Shown here: in pieces, positions 9,181 to 16,370 of the stretch | How positions within the stretch are numbered: position 1 is the first letter of the stretch | Layout: the number at the start of each line of letters is the position of its first letter | Source: Gemmatimonadota bacterium | GTDB lineage: Bacteria > Gemmatimonadota > Gemmatimonadetes > Palauibacterales > KS3-K002 | Direction: 5' to 3' | NCBI GenBank assembly: GCA_039586795.1 | Contig: JBDHJS010000065.1 | Span: forward strand, 1 to 24,098 | DNA: 24,098 nucleotides | Program-made: the position numbers and the translations under genes | The notes under the pieces: model-generated | Databases searched by the model: none | Told to the model about the DNA's origin: nothing | The model's input: the letters and a program-made list of their open reading frames with translations, nothing else

Positions 9181-10170
9181 TCAGTCGCCCCCAATCTCAC
9201 ACGTCTGCGTCTTCCCCTTCCGCACAAACGTCAACTCAACCGACCCCCGACGAATCAGCCGCCGGAACTCCGATATCGTCCGCACTCGTTCGCCGTTCAC
9301 CGCCGTAACCACGTCGAACTCTCGCAGCCCCGCGTTGTGCGCCGGCGTATCCTCGACCACTTCGACGATCAGCAGTCCGCCCTCGACCTCGAAGTACTCC
9401 GCCTGCTCGCCTTCCAGAACTTTAAACCGCGCCCCAGCCACCGCATCGCTATAGACCACCACGGTGCGCTCATCCGGCCCCGGTATCGTCACCTGCACGT
9501 CCGGCAAATCCTCGATCTCCACCGGCTTCACTCGCAACGTGCGCGCCGCCAGAGAGTCCGTCTGCATGCGGATCAACTCGTAAGATGCGGCCAACGCCAG
9601 GTTGATCGAGTCGATCTCCATTCTCAGGGTGGCTGCCAGCTCCTCCTGCTCCTCGGTCAGCGGACGTTGCAGCTTGATTTCCTTGAGCGCCTTCTCCGCA
9701 TCGTTCAATGCGACCTGTAGCGCCAGATGACCTTCCTTCAGCTCGATGACCTGGACGTAGACCGAGTCCCAATGCCCGGGCTCGACCCATACAAGCTCCT
9801 TGTCCTCGCCGAACGCATCTACTCGCGTGCCGGGAACGACCGTCAGCCTGACCTCCCGACCGTTGCGCCGGACCAAGAACTGCGCCTCCTGGCCAATTCG
9901 CAACGCCTCGAACGGCTTGTTCCAGTCCTTTTCCTCCGCCAGCACCCGGCCGTTGACGGAAATGATCAGATCGCCCACACGAAGGCCGCCCAGGTCGGCT
10001 GGGCTGCCCTCCCAGACCCGAGTGATCCACGGTTCCATCTGGTCCACGGGGAAATCGATCCCCAGCCATCCGCGGTTCGGATCCTTCTGGCCATACAGAC
10101 CTGATACCATGGCCAGCGTCATCATGAATGCCAGAAGCGTCCGCCCGCTCAAACGCTTGATGCTTCTCAT
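9181..10170 (-). CDS. Exported tandem-PDZ-domain protein (PDZ - coiled coil - PDZ), no protease domain
   Basis: Signal-like N-terminus; GWLGI...VWEGSPADLGGLRVGDLIISVNG and GGLLIVEVVEDTPAHNAGLREFDVVTAVNG are two PDZ signatures; helical heptad-like linker between them. Confidence 0.88.
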   Translation of the reverse strand: MRSIKRLSGRTLLAFMMTLAMVSGLYGQKDPNRGWLGIDFPVDQMEPWITRVWEGSPADLGGLRVGDLIISVNGRVLAEEKDWNKPFEALRIGQEAQFLVRRNGREVRLTVVPGTRVDAFGEDKELVWVEPGHWDSVYVQVIELKEGHLALQVALNDAEKALKEIKLQRPLTEEQEELAATLRMEIDSINLALAASYELIRMQTDSLAARTLRVKPVEIEDLPDVQVTIPGPDERTVVVYSDAVAGARFKVLEGEQAEYFEVEGGLLIVEVVEDTPAHNAGLREFDVVTAVNGERVRTISEFRRLIRRGSVELTFVRKGKTQTCEIGGD

Positions 10171-10205
10171 AACTGCTATCTTCTAACCTCTCGCTGTCCC
10201 TTTAC

Positions 10206-10247
10206 AAAAGAAAAGTGGCGATGAGCCTGCCCCAGCATCATCGCCAC
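10206..10247 (-). terminator. Intrinsic terminator overlapping the anti-sigma stop codon
   Basis: Perfect 10-bp inverted repeat GTGGCGATGA (10215-10224) / TCATCGCCAC (10238-10247), followed on the minus strand by TTTTCTTTT (10214-10206). Confidence 0.75.
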
Positions 10248-10918
10248 CGGTTCTGCGAACCCTGTGAATTACCCATCTGACGGATAACCGCGTCCCGCTC
10301 TTCAAGCGCCGCAAACAAATACGCGTTCAGAGTCGGGTTCGCCGGATCCGTCGCCAGCGCCGTTCTCGACGCCTCGACCAACGCGTTGAGCGACGCCAAC
10401 CGCTCCGCCGCTAACGACGGGGTCTGCGCTCCGCGCTCCGCCGCAAGTTGCTCCAGGTTGCGAAGCGCCACATCGTACTGCGCGCCTAAGCGCTGCACCT
10501 CCGCCAACGCATCCGTCAGAGACGTCGGAGGAAGCTGTGGCTCCTGGGTCGGCTGCTGCGCCACCAGGCCCGGTACGGGTGCGTCCATCGGCGCCGGCTG
10601 TTCCGGCTCCGTCCAACGACCCAGTCCAAGACCGATCACGAACACCGCCGCCATCGCCACCGCCTGCAACGCGACGAGCTTCGGCCAGCCCAGTTTGGCT
10701 CGGCGTTCGCGCTGTCCCGCCGGCAGTCGCTCGGCCACCGCATCCCAAATCTTGGGCGGCGCCTCCAGCGCTGGCAGCTCGCGAAGCTCTTCCCGTAGCT
10801 CTCTCAGCACTTCCAACTCGCCGCGACACACCGGGCACTCCGCCAGGTGCTTCTCCGCGCCCGCTACCGGCCCACCATCCAGCAGCTCCGAAAGTGCTTC
10901 GTTAGTTAGATGAACCAT
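10238..10918 (-). CDS. Transmembrane zinc-binding anti-sigma factor (ZAS, zf-HC2)
   Basis: N-terminal HLT...HLAECPVC (Hx3Cx2C); one TM segment (VALQAVAMAAVFVIGLGLG); overlaps the sigma factor stop by 17 nt. Confidence 0.88.
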   Translation of the reverse strand: MVHLTNEALSELLDGGPVAGAEKHLAECPVCRGELEVLRELREELRELPALEAPPKIWDAVAERLPAGQRERRAKLGWPKLVALQAVAMAAVFVIGLGLGRWTEPEQPAPMDAPVPGLVAQQPTQEPQLPPTSLTDALAEVQRLGAQYDVALRNLEQLAAERGAQTPSLAAERLASLNALVEASRTALATDPANPTLNAYLFAALEERDAVIRQMGNSQGSQNRWR

Positions 10919-11474
10919 GATCTACTACCTCTTCTGATTTTTCCGTCACGAGCGACCTCAGCCGCGCCCGCGCTTTTGATAGCTGGGACTTCGACGTGCC
11001 CACCGCGATACCCAGCCGATCACCTATCTCCTCGTGCGTAAACCCTTCCACATCATGCAACCACAGCACCGCTCGATACCCATCCGGCAACTTGTCCAAC
11101 GCCCGCTGAACCATCAGTCGGTCCGCCGCTCCCGACGCCGGGTAGCGATCCGGGTTTCCCAGCGTCGAGCTCCCGTCGAAGCTCTGCTCCAGGTCCCTCC
11201 TTCGCGCCACCTGTCTCAATCGCGTCAGCGCCGTGTTCACCGCGATTCGGTGAACCCACGTCCCAAACGCCGCATCGCCTCGAAAGGCCCGGATCTTCTG
11301 GAACGCGTTCGCCCAGGCGTCCTGAGCCAGATCCTGCGCCAGGTCGTCGTCCCCGGCCAACCGCCGTACCACCGTATACACCCTCGACGCATGCCGCTCG
11401 TACAGCTGCTGCATCGCCTCGAGCTCCCCCTCGCAGGCCCGGCGGACCAGTATGGTCTCAGTCACGTCGACCAA
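10902..11474 (-). CDS. ECF (sigma-70 group 4) RNA polymerase sigma factor
   Basis: Region 2: AQDLAQDAW...FRGDAAFGTWVHRIAVN; region 4: LDKLPDGYRAVLWLHDVEGFTHEEIGDRLGIAVGTSKSQLSKAR. Start reassigned to TTG 11474, 6 nt after GGAGG; GTG 11465 is an alternative. Confidence 0.93.
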   Translation of the reverse strand: MVDVTETILVRRACEGELEAMQQLYERHASRVYTVVRRLAGDDDLAQDLAQDAWANAFQKIRAFRGDAAFGTWVHRIAVNTALTRLRQVARRRDLEQSFDGSSTLGNPDRYPASGAADRLMVQRALDKLPDGYRAVLWLHDVEGFTHEEIGDRLGIAVGTSKSQLSKARARLRSLVTEKSEEVVDHGSSN

Positions 11475-11497
11475 TACGTCCCTCCCAATTCCGTTAT

Positions 11498-12424
11498 TTA
11501 GACGGGTGACCCCATCTGGGAGTTGCCTGCCATTAACCGCAGCATCCGCCTCAAGTACGGCGCCAGCCGCCAGGCCAACGGGACGAACAGCGTCGCCGCC
11601 AACCACCCCGTCAGCGCGTCAATTCCGTAATGAAACCTACCGTATACAGTGCTGACTGTGAGGCCCATCACGAACGGGAAGAACAGCGCCCAGACCAGCC
11701 GGTCCCGCCGCCACGTGACCGCCAGGATCGCCACCGCCACCGCCACGTGGGAGCTGGGGAATGCCGCACCCTTACTCCCCCCGTCCTCCAGCACCCAATG
11801 GACCCAGTTGTACCAGAAACCGTCCGCCAGAGCGCCTCCGATCAGCGGGAACTCGTAATGCGGGCCCTGGACCGGCCAGAAGATGAAGACCAGGTAGCAC
11901 CCGCAGAAGACGATGATCTCGGCGTAGACCAGGTCCCGCAGCCCCTTGATCCGTCCTCTCAGGTACATCAGCAACGCCGCCGTGGGCAGCATGATCCAGT
12001 AGGAGGCGTAGAAGAAGTGCATCAGCTCACTCAGCCAGGAGTAAGGGAACTTCTGGCTGAACGTCATGGCCAGCTGCTGGCCGAAGATCGCCTGCTCCCA
12101 CCCCTGGACCGTGGCATCGTTGAACCCATCGCTGAACAGCTGGGCCAGGTAGCGGATCTCGTAGTAGAGATAGGTGATGAAGATGAACGGGTAGACATCA
12201 CGGAAGAAGCCGGCCAGCGAGCGTCCGCGCAGCGGCTGGGCGCCGATCCAGAGCCCGAACAGGACGAGAAATACATGGACCAGCGTAAGCCTGATCCACG
12301 GCCCCGTCCCCAGCTGCCAGCCGAAGACGGCGAACAAGATTCCCGTGAACGTAACGTAGGCGACGAAGACTAAGTCCGTAGCTTGGGCCGCCCCGAGCCA
12401 GCGCGTAACGAGTTTCAAATCCAC
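11498..12424 (-). CDS. PAP2-superfamily membrane phosphotransferase, AUR1/IPC-synthase-like (putative ceramide headgroup synthase)
   Basis: Polytopic membrane protein with AAFPSSH and STVYGRFHYGID (His/His/Asp triad as in AUR1 domains 3 and 4) and FWPVQGP; no Kx6RP phosphatase motif; start overlaps the upstream SDR stop by 10 nt. Confidence 0.82.
   Translation of the reverse strand: MDLKLVTRWLGAAQATDLVFVAYVTFTGILFAVFGWQLGTGPWIRLTLVHVFLVLFGLWIGAQPLRGRSLAGFFRDVYPFIFITYLYYEIRYLAQLFSDGFNDATVQGWEQAIFGQQLAMTFSQKFPYSWLSELMHFFYASYWIMLPTAALLMYLRGRIKGLRDLVYAEIIVFCGCYLVFIFWPVQGPHYEFPLIGGALADGFWYNWVHWVLEDGGSKGAAFPSSHVAVAVAILAVTWRRDRLVWALFFPFVMGLTVSTVYGRFHYGIDALTGWLAATLFVPLAWRLAPYLRRMLRLMAGNSQMGSPV
11499..11527 (-). 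promoter_or_regulatory. Putative ECF-type (autoregulatory) promoter GGCAAC-N17-CGTCTA
   Basis: Minus strand GGCAAC (11527-11522), 17-nt spacer, CGTCTA (11504-11499); matches the common ECF AAC/CGT pattern and lies just upstream of the sigma RBS. Confidence 0.65.
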
Positions 12425-13398
12425 CCCGCTTCCCGATACCAGTCCGCCGTTAGTTGCAATCCCATCTCGCTATCGTATTTCGGTTCGCAGTTGAGTTCTG
12501 AGAACAGCCGGGTCACTCTGCACGTCCAGGCCCGCTCCGACATATCCCCCGCCCGCCGGCGATCCAGCTGACCCGGCTTCCCGGAACCGATAATCTGGGC
12601 TCCAAGTCCGGCAATCTTCAGCACCGGGGACGGCACCCGCAGCCGAACCGTTCGGCGCCCGACCGCCTGCGCGATGACCGAAGCCAGCCGCCGCCAATCG
12701 AGGATCTCCGGATGGCCGACGAAATACGTGCGCCCGATCGCTCGCTCATTCTCGGCCGCCAGTACAAGGGCCGCCGCCACATCCTGCACATGCACCAGCT
12801 GGATCAGTCGCCGGCGCACGCCCGGCACCACGACCACGCCCTTCAGCGCCATCTCGAAGTATGGCAACGTGTCTTCGTCCCGTGGGCCGTACACGGCGAC
12901 CGGCCGCATAATCACGACGTCGAGTTTCTCCGCGTACTCCAGCGTCGCTTCCTCGCCCGCCAGCTTGCTGCGTCCGTAGTCGCTGGTCGGCGCGGGGTCG
13001 TCGTCCTCCTCCCGCGGTCGCTCCAGCGTTCCCGGGCCCGCCGCAGCCTGACTGCTACAATAGACGAAGCGAACGCCACGCGAGTTCCTCGAACACGCGT
13101 CGAGCAGCGTCCGCGTACCCGCCTCGTTGGCGGCGAACAGCTCATCCCTAGAGCCACGCGTCAATCCGGCGCAATGGAACAGAGCGTCGATGCCCTCGAC
13201 GGCGCGCTTCACACCCGCCGCATCCCGCATGTCCGCAACGACCAACTCGACGTCCTTCCCCTCCATCCAGCGAAGGTTGCTCGTCGCGCGAACCGTGCAC
13301 CGAACCTGCCAGCCCGCATCGAGCAGCGCGTCGACGACGTGGCTACCAACGAAACCGGTTCCGCCGGTTACCAGGGCTGTTCGGGAGGTTGGCGTCAT
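12415..13398 (-). CDS. cerR: Extended SDR NAD(P)-dependent epimerase/dehydratase family; putative ceramide (3-keto) reductase
   Basis: TGGTGFVG Rossmann motif, CSSQAA and YGRSK (YxxxK). Family is certain; the specific function is inferred from its position after spt and bcerS. Confidence 0.72.
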   Translation of the reverse strand: MTPTSRTALVTGGTGFVGSHVVDALLDAGWQVRCTVRATSNLRWMEGKDVELVVADMRDAAGVKRAVEGIDALFHCAGLTRGSRDELFAANEAGTRTLLDACSRNSRGVRFVYCSSQAAAGPGTLERPREEDDDPAPTSDYGRSKLAGEEATLEYAEKLDVVIMRPVAVYGPRDEDTLPYFEMALKGVVVVPGVRRRLIQLVHVQDVAAALVLAAENERAIGRTYFVGHPEILDWRRLASVIAQAVGRRTVRLRVPSPVLKIAGLGAQIIGSGKPGQLDRRRAGDMSERAWTCRVTRLFSELNCEPKYDSEMGLQLTADWYREAGWI

Positions 13399-13403
13399 CT
13401 GAG

Positions 13404-14528
13404 CTAGGACAGTGGCAGATCGTACAGCCGGTATGTCTTCGTGCGCTTGAAGCCCATCTTCTCTACAGCGGAGATCATCGGGAGGTTATCCTCTAGAATC
13501 CACGAGCTTTCCCCATGGTCGTGGCCCTTCGTGGTGCCCCGTTCGAAGATCTCCTTGTAAAAGAGCGGCGCCAGCGGTGTGCCCCTGTACTCCTTCTTCA
13601 CGCCCAGCGTGATGACGCGAACCCCGTTGATACGGCGCATGTGCCACAGAAGCTTGATAATCCCGAACGGGAAAAGCTTGCCGTTCGCGTGACGGATTGC
13701 CTGGTTCACGTCGGGCAATGCCAACGCAAAGCCCACCGGCTCACCGTTCACTTCGCCGATTAGTGCCAACTCAGGGTCCACAACAGGCTTCAGCTGCGCC
13801 GCCATGTGGTCTACTTCTTTGTCGGTCATCGGCACGAAGCCCCAGTTGCGCTCCCACACCGCGTTGTACAGATCACGCACCAATGAGACTTCGGCATTGA
13901 AGTTCTTCATGTCGAGCGGGCGGATGTGAAATTCGAGGCCGGATCGCTTGATCGATCTCTCGAGCAGCGTGAACCGCCGTTGGTCGATGACCTCCTCGCT
14001 CCCCTCCAGGGCGAGCAGGTCCTTCGCCTTCTTGAAGCCGTGACTCTCCAACAGCTCGGCGTAGTAGGGAGGGTTGTAGGTCATCATGACGTAGGGCGCA
14101 TCGTCGAATCCATCGACCAGAAGCCCGCACTCTTCGTTGGTCGAAAAATTCGTCGGGCCTCTCATCACCTCCAGCCCTTTCTCACGCACCCACTCCGCCG
14201 CCTGCTCGATCAATGCGCCCGCTACTTCACGGTCCTCGATCGATTCGAACATCCCGAAGAACCCGACTCGATCCTCGTGGAACTCGTTGTGCAGAGTGTT
14301 CTCGATCGCTGCGATCCGACCGGCCGGCACGCCGTCCTTATACGCGAGATAAAGCTGCACCGACCCGTGACCAAAGAAGGGATTCTGCCTCGGGTCGATC
14401 CGCTTCTTCTCCTCCATCAGTAGCGGAGGTACCCAGGCCGGATAGCGGCCGGGATAGATCCGCCATGGGAAGCGTACGAACTCCCGGCGTTGCGACCGCG
14501 TCTCGACGGGTCTGACTTCTACGCTCAC
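13404..14528 (-). CDS. bcerS: GNAT-fold N-acyltransferase, putative bacterial ceramide synthase
   Basis: FVRFPWRIY..WVPPL, NPFF, GRIAAI, GFFGMFE, GPTNFSTNEECGLLVDGF, MTYNPPYY, NWGFVP and ESSWILEDN motifs of the bCerS/YghO-like family. Start reassigned to GTG 14528 to avoid overlap with spt. Confidence 0.8.
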   Translation of the reverse strand: MSVEVRPVETRSQRREFVRFPWRIYPGRYPAWVPPLLMEEKKRIDPRQNPFFGHGSVQLYLAYKDGVPAGRIAAIENTLHNEFHEDRVGFFGMFESIEDREVAGALIEQAAEWVREKGLEVMRGPTNFSTNEECGLLVDGFDDAPYVMMTYNPPYYAELLESHGFKKAKDLLALEGSEEVIDQRRFTLLERSIKRSGLEFHIRPLDMKNFNAEVSLVRDLYNAVWERNWGFVPMTDKEVDHMAAQLKPVVDPELALIGEVNGEPVGFALALPDVNQAIRHANGKLFPFGIIKLLWHMRRINGVRVITLGVKKEYRGTPLAPLFYKEIFERGTTKGHDHGESSWILEDNLPMISAVEKMGFKRTKTYRLYDLPLS

Positions 14529-14569
14529 ACGCCTGCTCGCTTTTTGATTAGGCCTGTCGGGTGGATAGC

Positions 14570-15757
14570 CTAGATGACACCCAGCTTCTTGCCCACCTTC
14601 GCAAACGTATCGAGCACGTGGTCCAGCTGCTCGTCCGTATGCTCCGCGATGTAGCTCGTCCGCAAGCGACAACTGTTCTCGGGCACCGCCGGCGGCATCA
14701 CCGGGTTCGTGAACACTCCCGAGTCAAACAACGCCTTCCAGAAGATGAACGTCTTCTCCATCGGCCCGATCCAGATCGGTATGATCGGAGTCTCCGTCGG
14801 CCCGATCTCGAAGCCCAGACTCTTGAATTCGTTCATCATGCGATGCGTTATCTGCCACAAACGCTCGCGTCGCTCCGGTTCCTTCTCGATGATATCCAAC
14901 GCAGCCAGTACCGTGGCCACCGCGGCCGGCGGCATGCTGGCACTGAATATCAAGCTGCGCGCATGGTGTCTAAGGTAGTGCACCACGGGCTCGGGGCCGG
15001 CAACGAAACCGCCAATCGATGCGAACGACTTGCTGAACGTGCCGATCGTCAACGGCACCTCGTCCGTCATGTTGTGATACTCAGCCGTGCCAGCGCCCGT
15101 TGGACCTAGGTAGCCGATCGCGTGCGCGTCATCCACGACCAACAACGCGTTGTACTCTTCGCATAGCGGAACCAGGTTCGGCAGATCGGCGATGTCGCCC
15201 TCCATGCTGAACACGCCGTCCACCACAACCATGCGACCCTCGACACCCTTCGCTTTGTCACCTTCCAACTGGCGTCGAAGGCCGTCGTAGTCTCCATGGT
15301 TGAAGCGCGCCACGTCGCCGCGCGCCAGCCGGCTGCCGTCGACGATGCTCGCATGGTCCAATTTGTCCAGATATACCTTGTCGTTGCGGCTCACCAACGT
15401 CCCGATAACGCCCAGGTTGGTTTGATAGCCCGTTGAAAAGACCAGGCCCGCCTCTGTCCCCACATACTTCGCCAGCCGCTCTTCCAGTTCGTCGTGCAGT
15501 ATCGTGTTGCCGTTCAGAAAACGGCTCCCCGTGCAGCCGCTGCCGTACTTCTTGATTGCGGCCTGCGCCGCCTCTACGATACAAGGATGGTGGGTAAGCC
15601 CCAGGTAGTTGTTCGAGCCGACCATGATCCGCGGCTTGCCGTCGACGAACGCCTCCGTCGCCGTCGAGCCTTCGATCGGCACGAAATAGGGATAGTATCC
15701 GGAGGCCATAACCTCACGAGCACGCGTGAAACTATGGCACTTCTCGAGTATATACAT
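14570..15757 (-). CDS. spt: Serine palmitoyltransferase (alpha-oxoamine synthase, PLP class II)
   Basis: GYYPYF N-terminus, GSNNYLGL, GSGCTGSRFLNG, DHASIVDG, DDAH, GTFSKS (PLP lysine) and ARSLIFSAS resemble Bacteroidota-type SPTs more than BioF/KBL; no bio genes nearby; GGAGG RBS upstream. Confidence 0.85.
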   Translation of the reverse strand: MYILEKCHSFTRAREVMASGYYPYFVPIEGSTATEAFVDGKPRIMVGSNNYLGLTHHPCIVEAAQAAIKKYGSGCTGSRFLNGNTILHDELEERLAKYVGTEAGLVFSTGYQTNLGVIGTLVSRNDKVYLDKLDHASIVDGSRLARGDVARFNHGDYDGLRRQLEGDKAKGVEGRMVVVDGVFSMEGDIADLPNLVPLCEEYNALLVVDDAHAIGYLGPTGAGTAEYHNMTDEVPLTIGTFSKSFASIGGFVAGPEPVVHYLRHHARSLIFSASMPPAAVATVLAALDIIEKEPERRERLWQITHRMMNEFKSLGFEIGPTETPIIPIWIGPMEKTFIFWKALFDSGVFTNPVMPPAVPENSCRLRTSYIAEHTDEQLDHVLDTFAKVGKKLGVI

Positions 15758-15835
15758 TCTCCCTCCCCGGGAGCTTGGAACCGTCGAACGACCCTGCTAG
15801 ATTGGCAGTATTCATGTCGTGTGAGGCTACGAACG

Positions 15836-15864
15836 ATTCTACCCGACTGGGCGCCACCGGGCAA
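15836..15864 (-). promoter_or_regulatory. Putative sigma-70 promoter of the spt operon, TTGCCC-N17-TAGAAT
   Basis: Minus strand -35 TTGCCC (15864-15859), 17-nt spacer, -10 TAGAAT (15841-15836), about 80 nt upstream of the spt ATG. Confidence 0.65.
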
Positions 15865-15936
15865 GGTAGGGCGCCATAGCTCGTGTTTCGGCCTTTTTGT
15901 CGCCCGAGTATGAGCCGACTTCAACCCGATTGATCC

Positions 15937-16332
15937 ATGCGCAGGCTAAAACGGAACGGCTTCACCTACGTCGAGATCATGACCGTCCTGGCGCTGCTCG
16001 GCGTCCTCAGCGTCATCATCTGGGCCCGCTACAACAAGTCCTATGAGAAGGCCCTGGAGGCCACCCTGGTCAGCGATATGCGGAACCTCATGACCGCTCA
16101 GGAGATCTACTTCCGCGACCACCTGACCTATGCCGTCAACATCGATGACGTGAGGATAACGCCCAGCCCCAAGAGCGATATCATGATCACCAGCGCTGAC
16201 ATCGTCGGCTATTCCGCCTGGAACCAGATCGAAAGAACCCCCAAGCGCTGTGAGGTCTACGTCGGCAGGACCCACGCATCGTCTCTCGGTATCGCGACCG
16301 AGTCTGAGAGGATCTTTTGCGCGATCTACTGA
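15937..16332 (+). CDS. Type IV pilin / pseudopilin with prepilin cleavage-methylation motif
   Basis: Basic leader MRRLKRNG|FTYVE (G-1, F+1, E+5), a hydrophobic helix, SDMRNLMTAQEIYF and a C-terminal Cys pair. Confidence 0.88.
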   Translation: MRRLKRNGFTYVEIMTVLALLGVLSVIIWARYNKSYEKALEATLVSDMRNLMTAQEIYFRDHLTYAVNIDDVRITPSPKSDIMITSADIVGYSAWNQIERTPKRCEVYVGRTHASSLGIATESERIFCAIY

Positions 16333-16370
16333 CGGGGTCTCTTACCGATACCCAATCCACCCTGGCCGAC

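Noticed and set aside
11498..11660. Shift towards A/T-ending codons at the PAP2 3' end as a recombination patch
   Set aside because: The segment is short, overlaps the ECF promoter, and shows no junction features; it cannot be separated from noise by eye.
14570..15757. Calling the PLP enzyme BioF or 2-amino-3-ketobutyrate CoA ligase
   Set aside because: No bio or tdh genes nearby; the YPYF, GSRFLNG and GTFSKS motifs and the bCerS/SDR neighbours favour Spt. Phylogeny is still needed to exclude it formally.
15800..15936. Sigma-54 or sigma-28 promoter for the pilin gene
   Set aside because: TGGCAG lacks a correctly spaced TTGC, and CCGAT lacks a matching -35 element.
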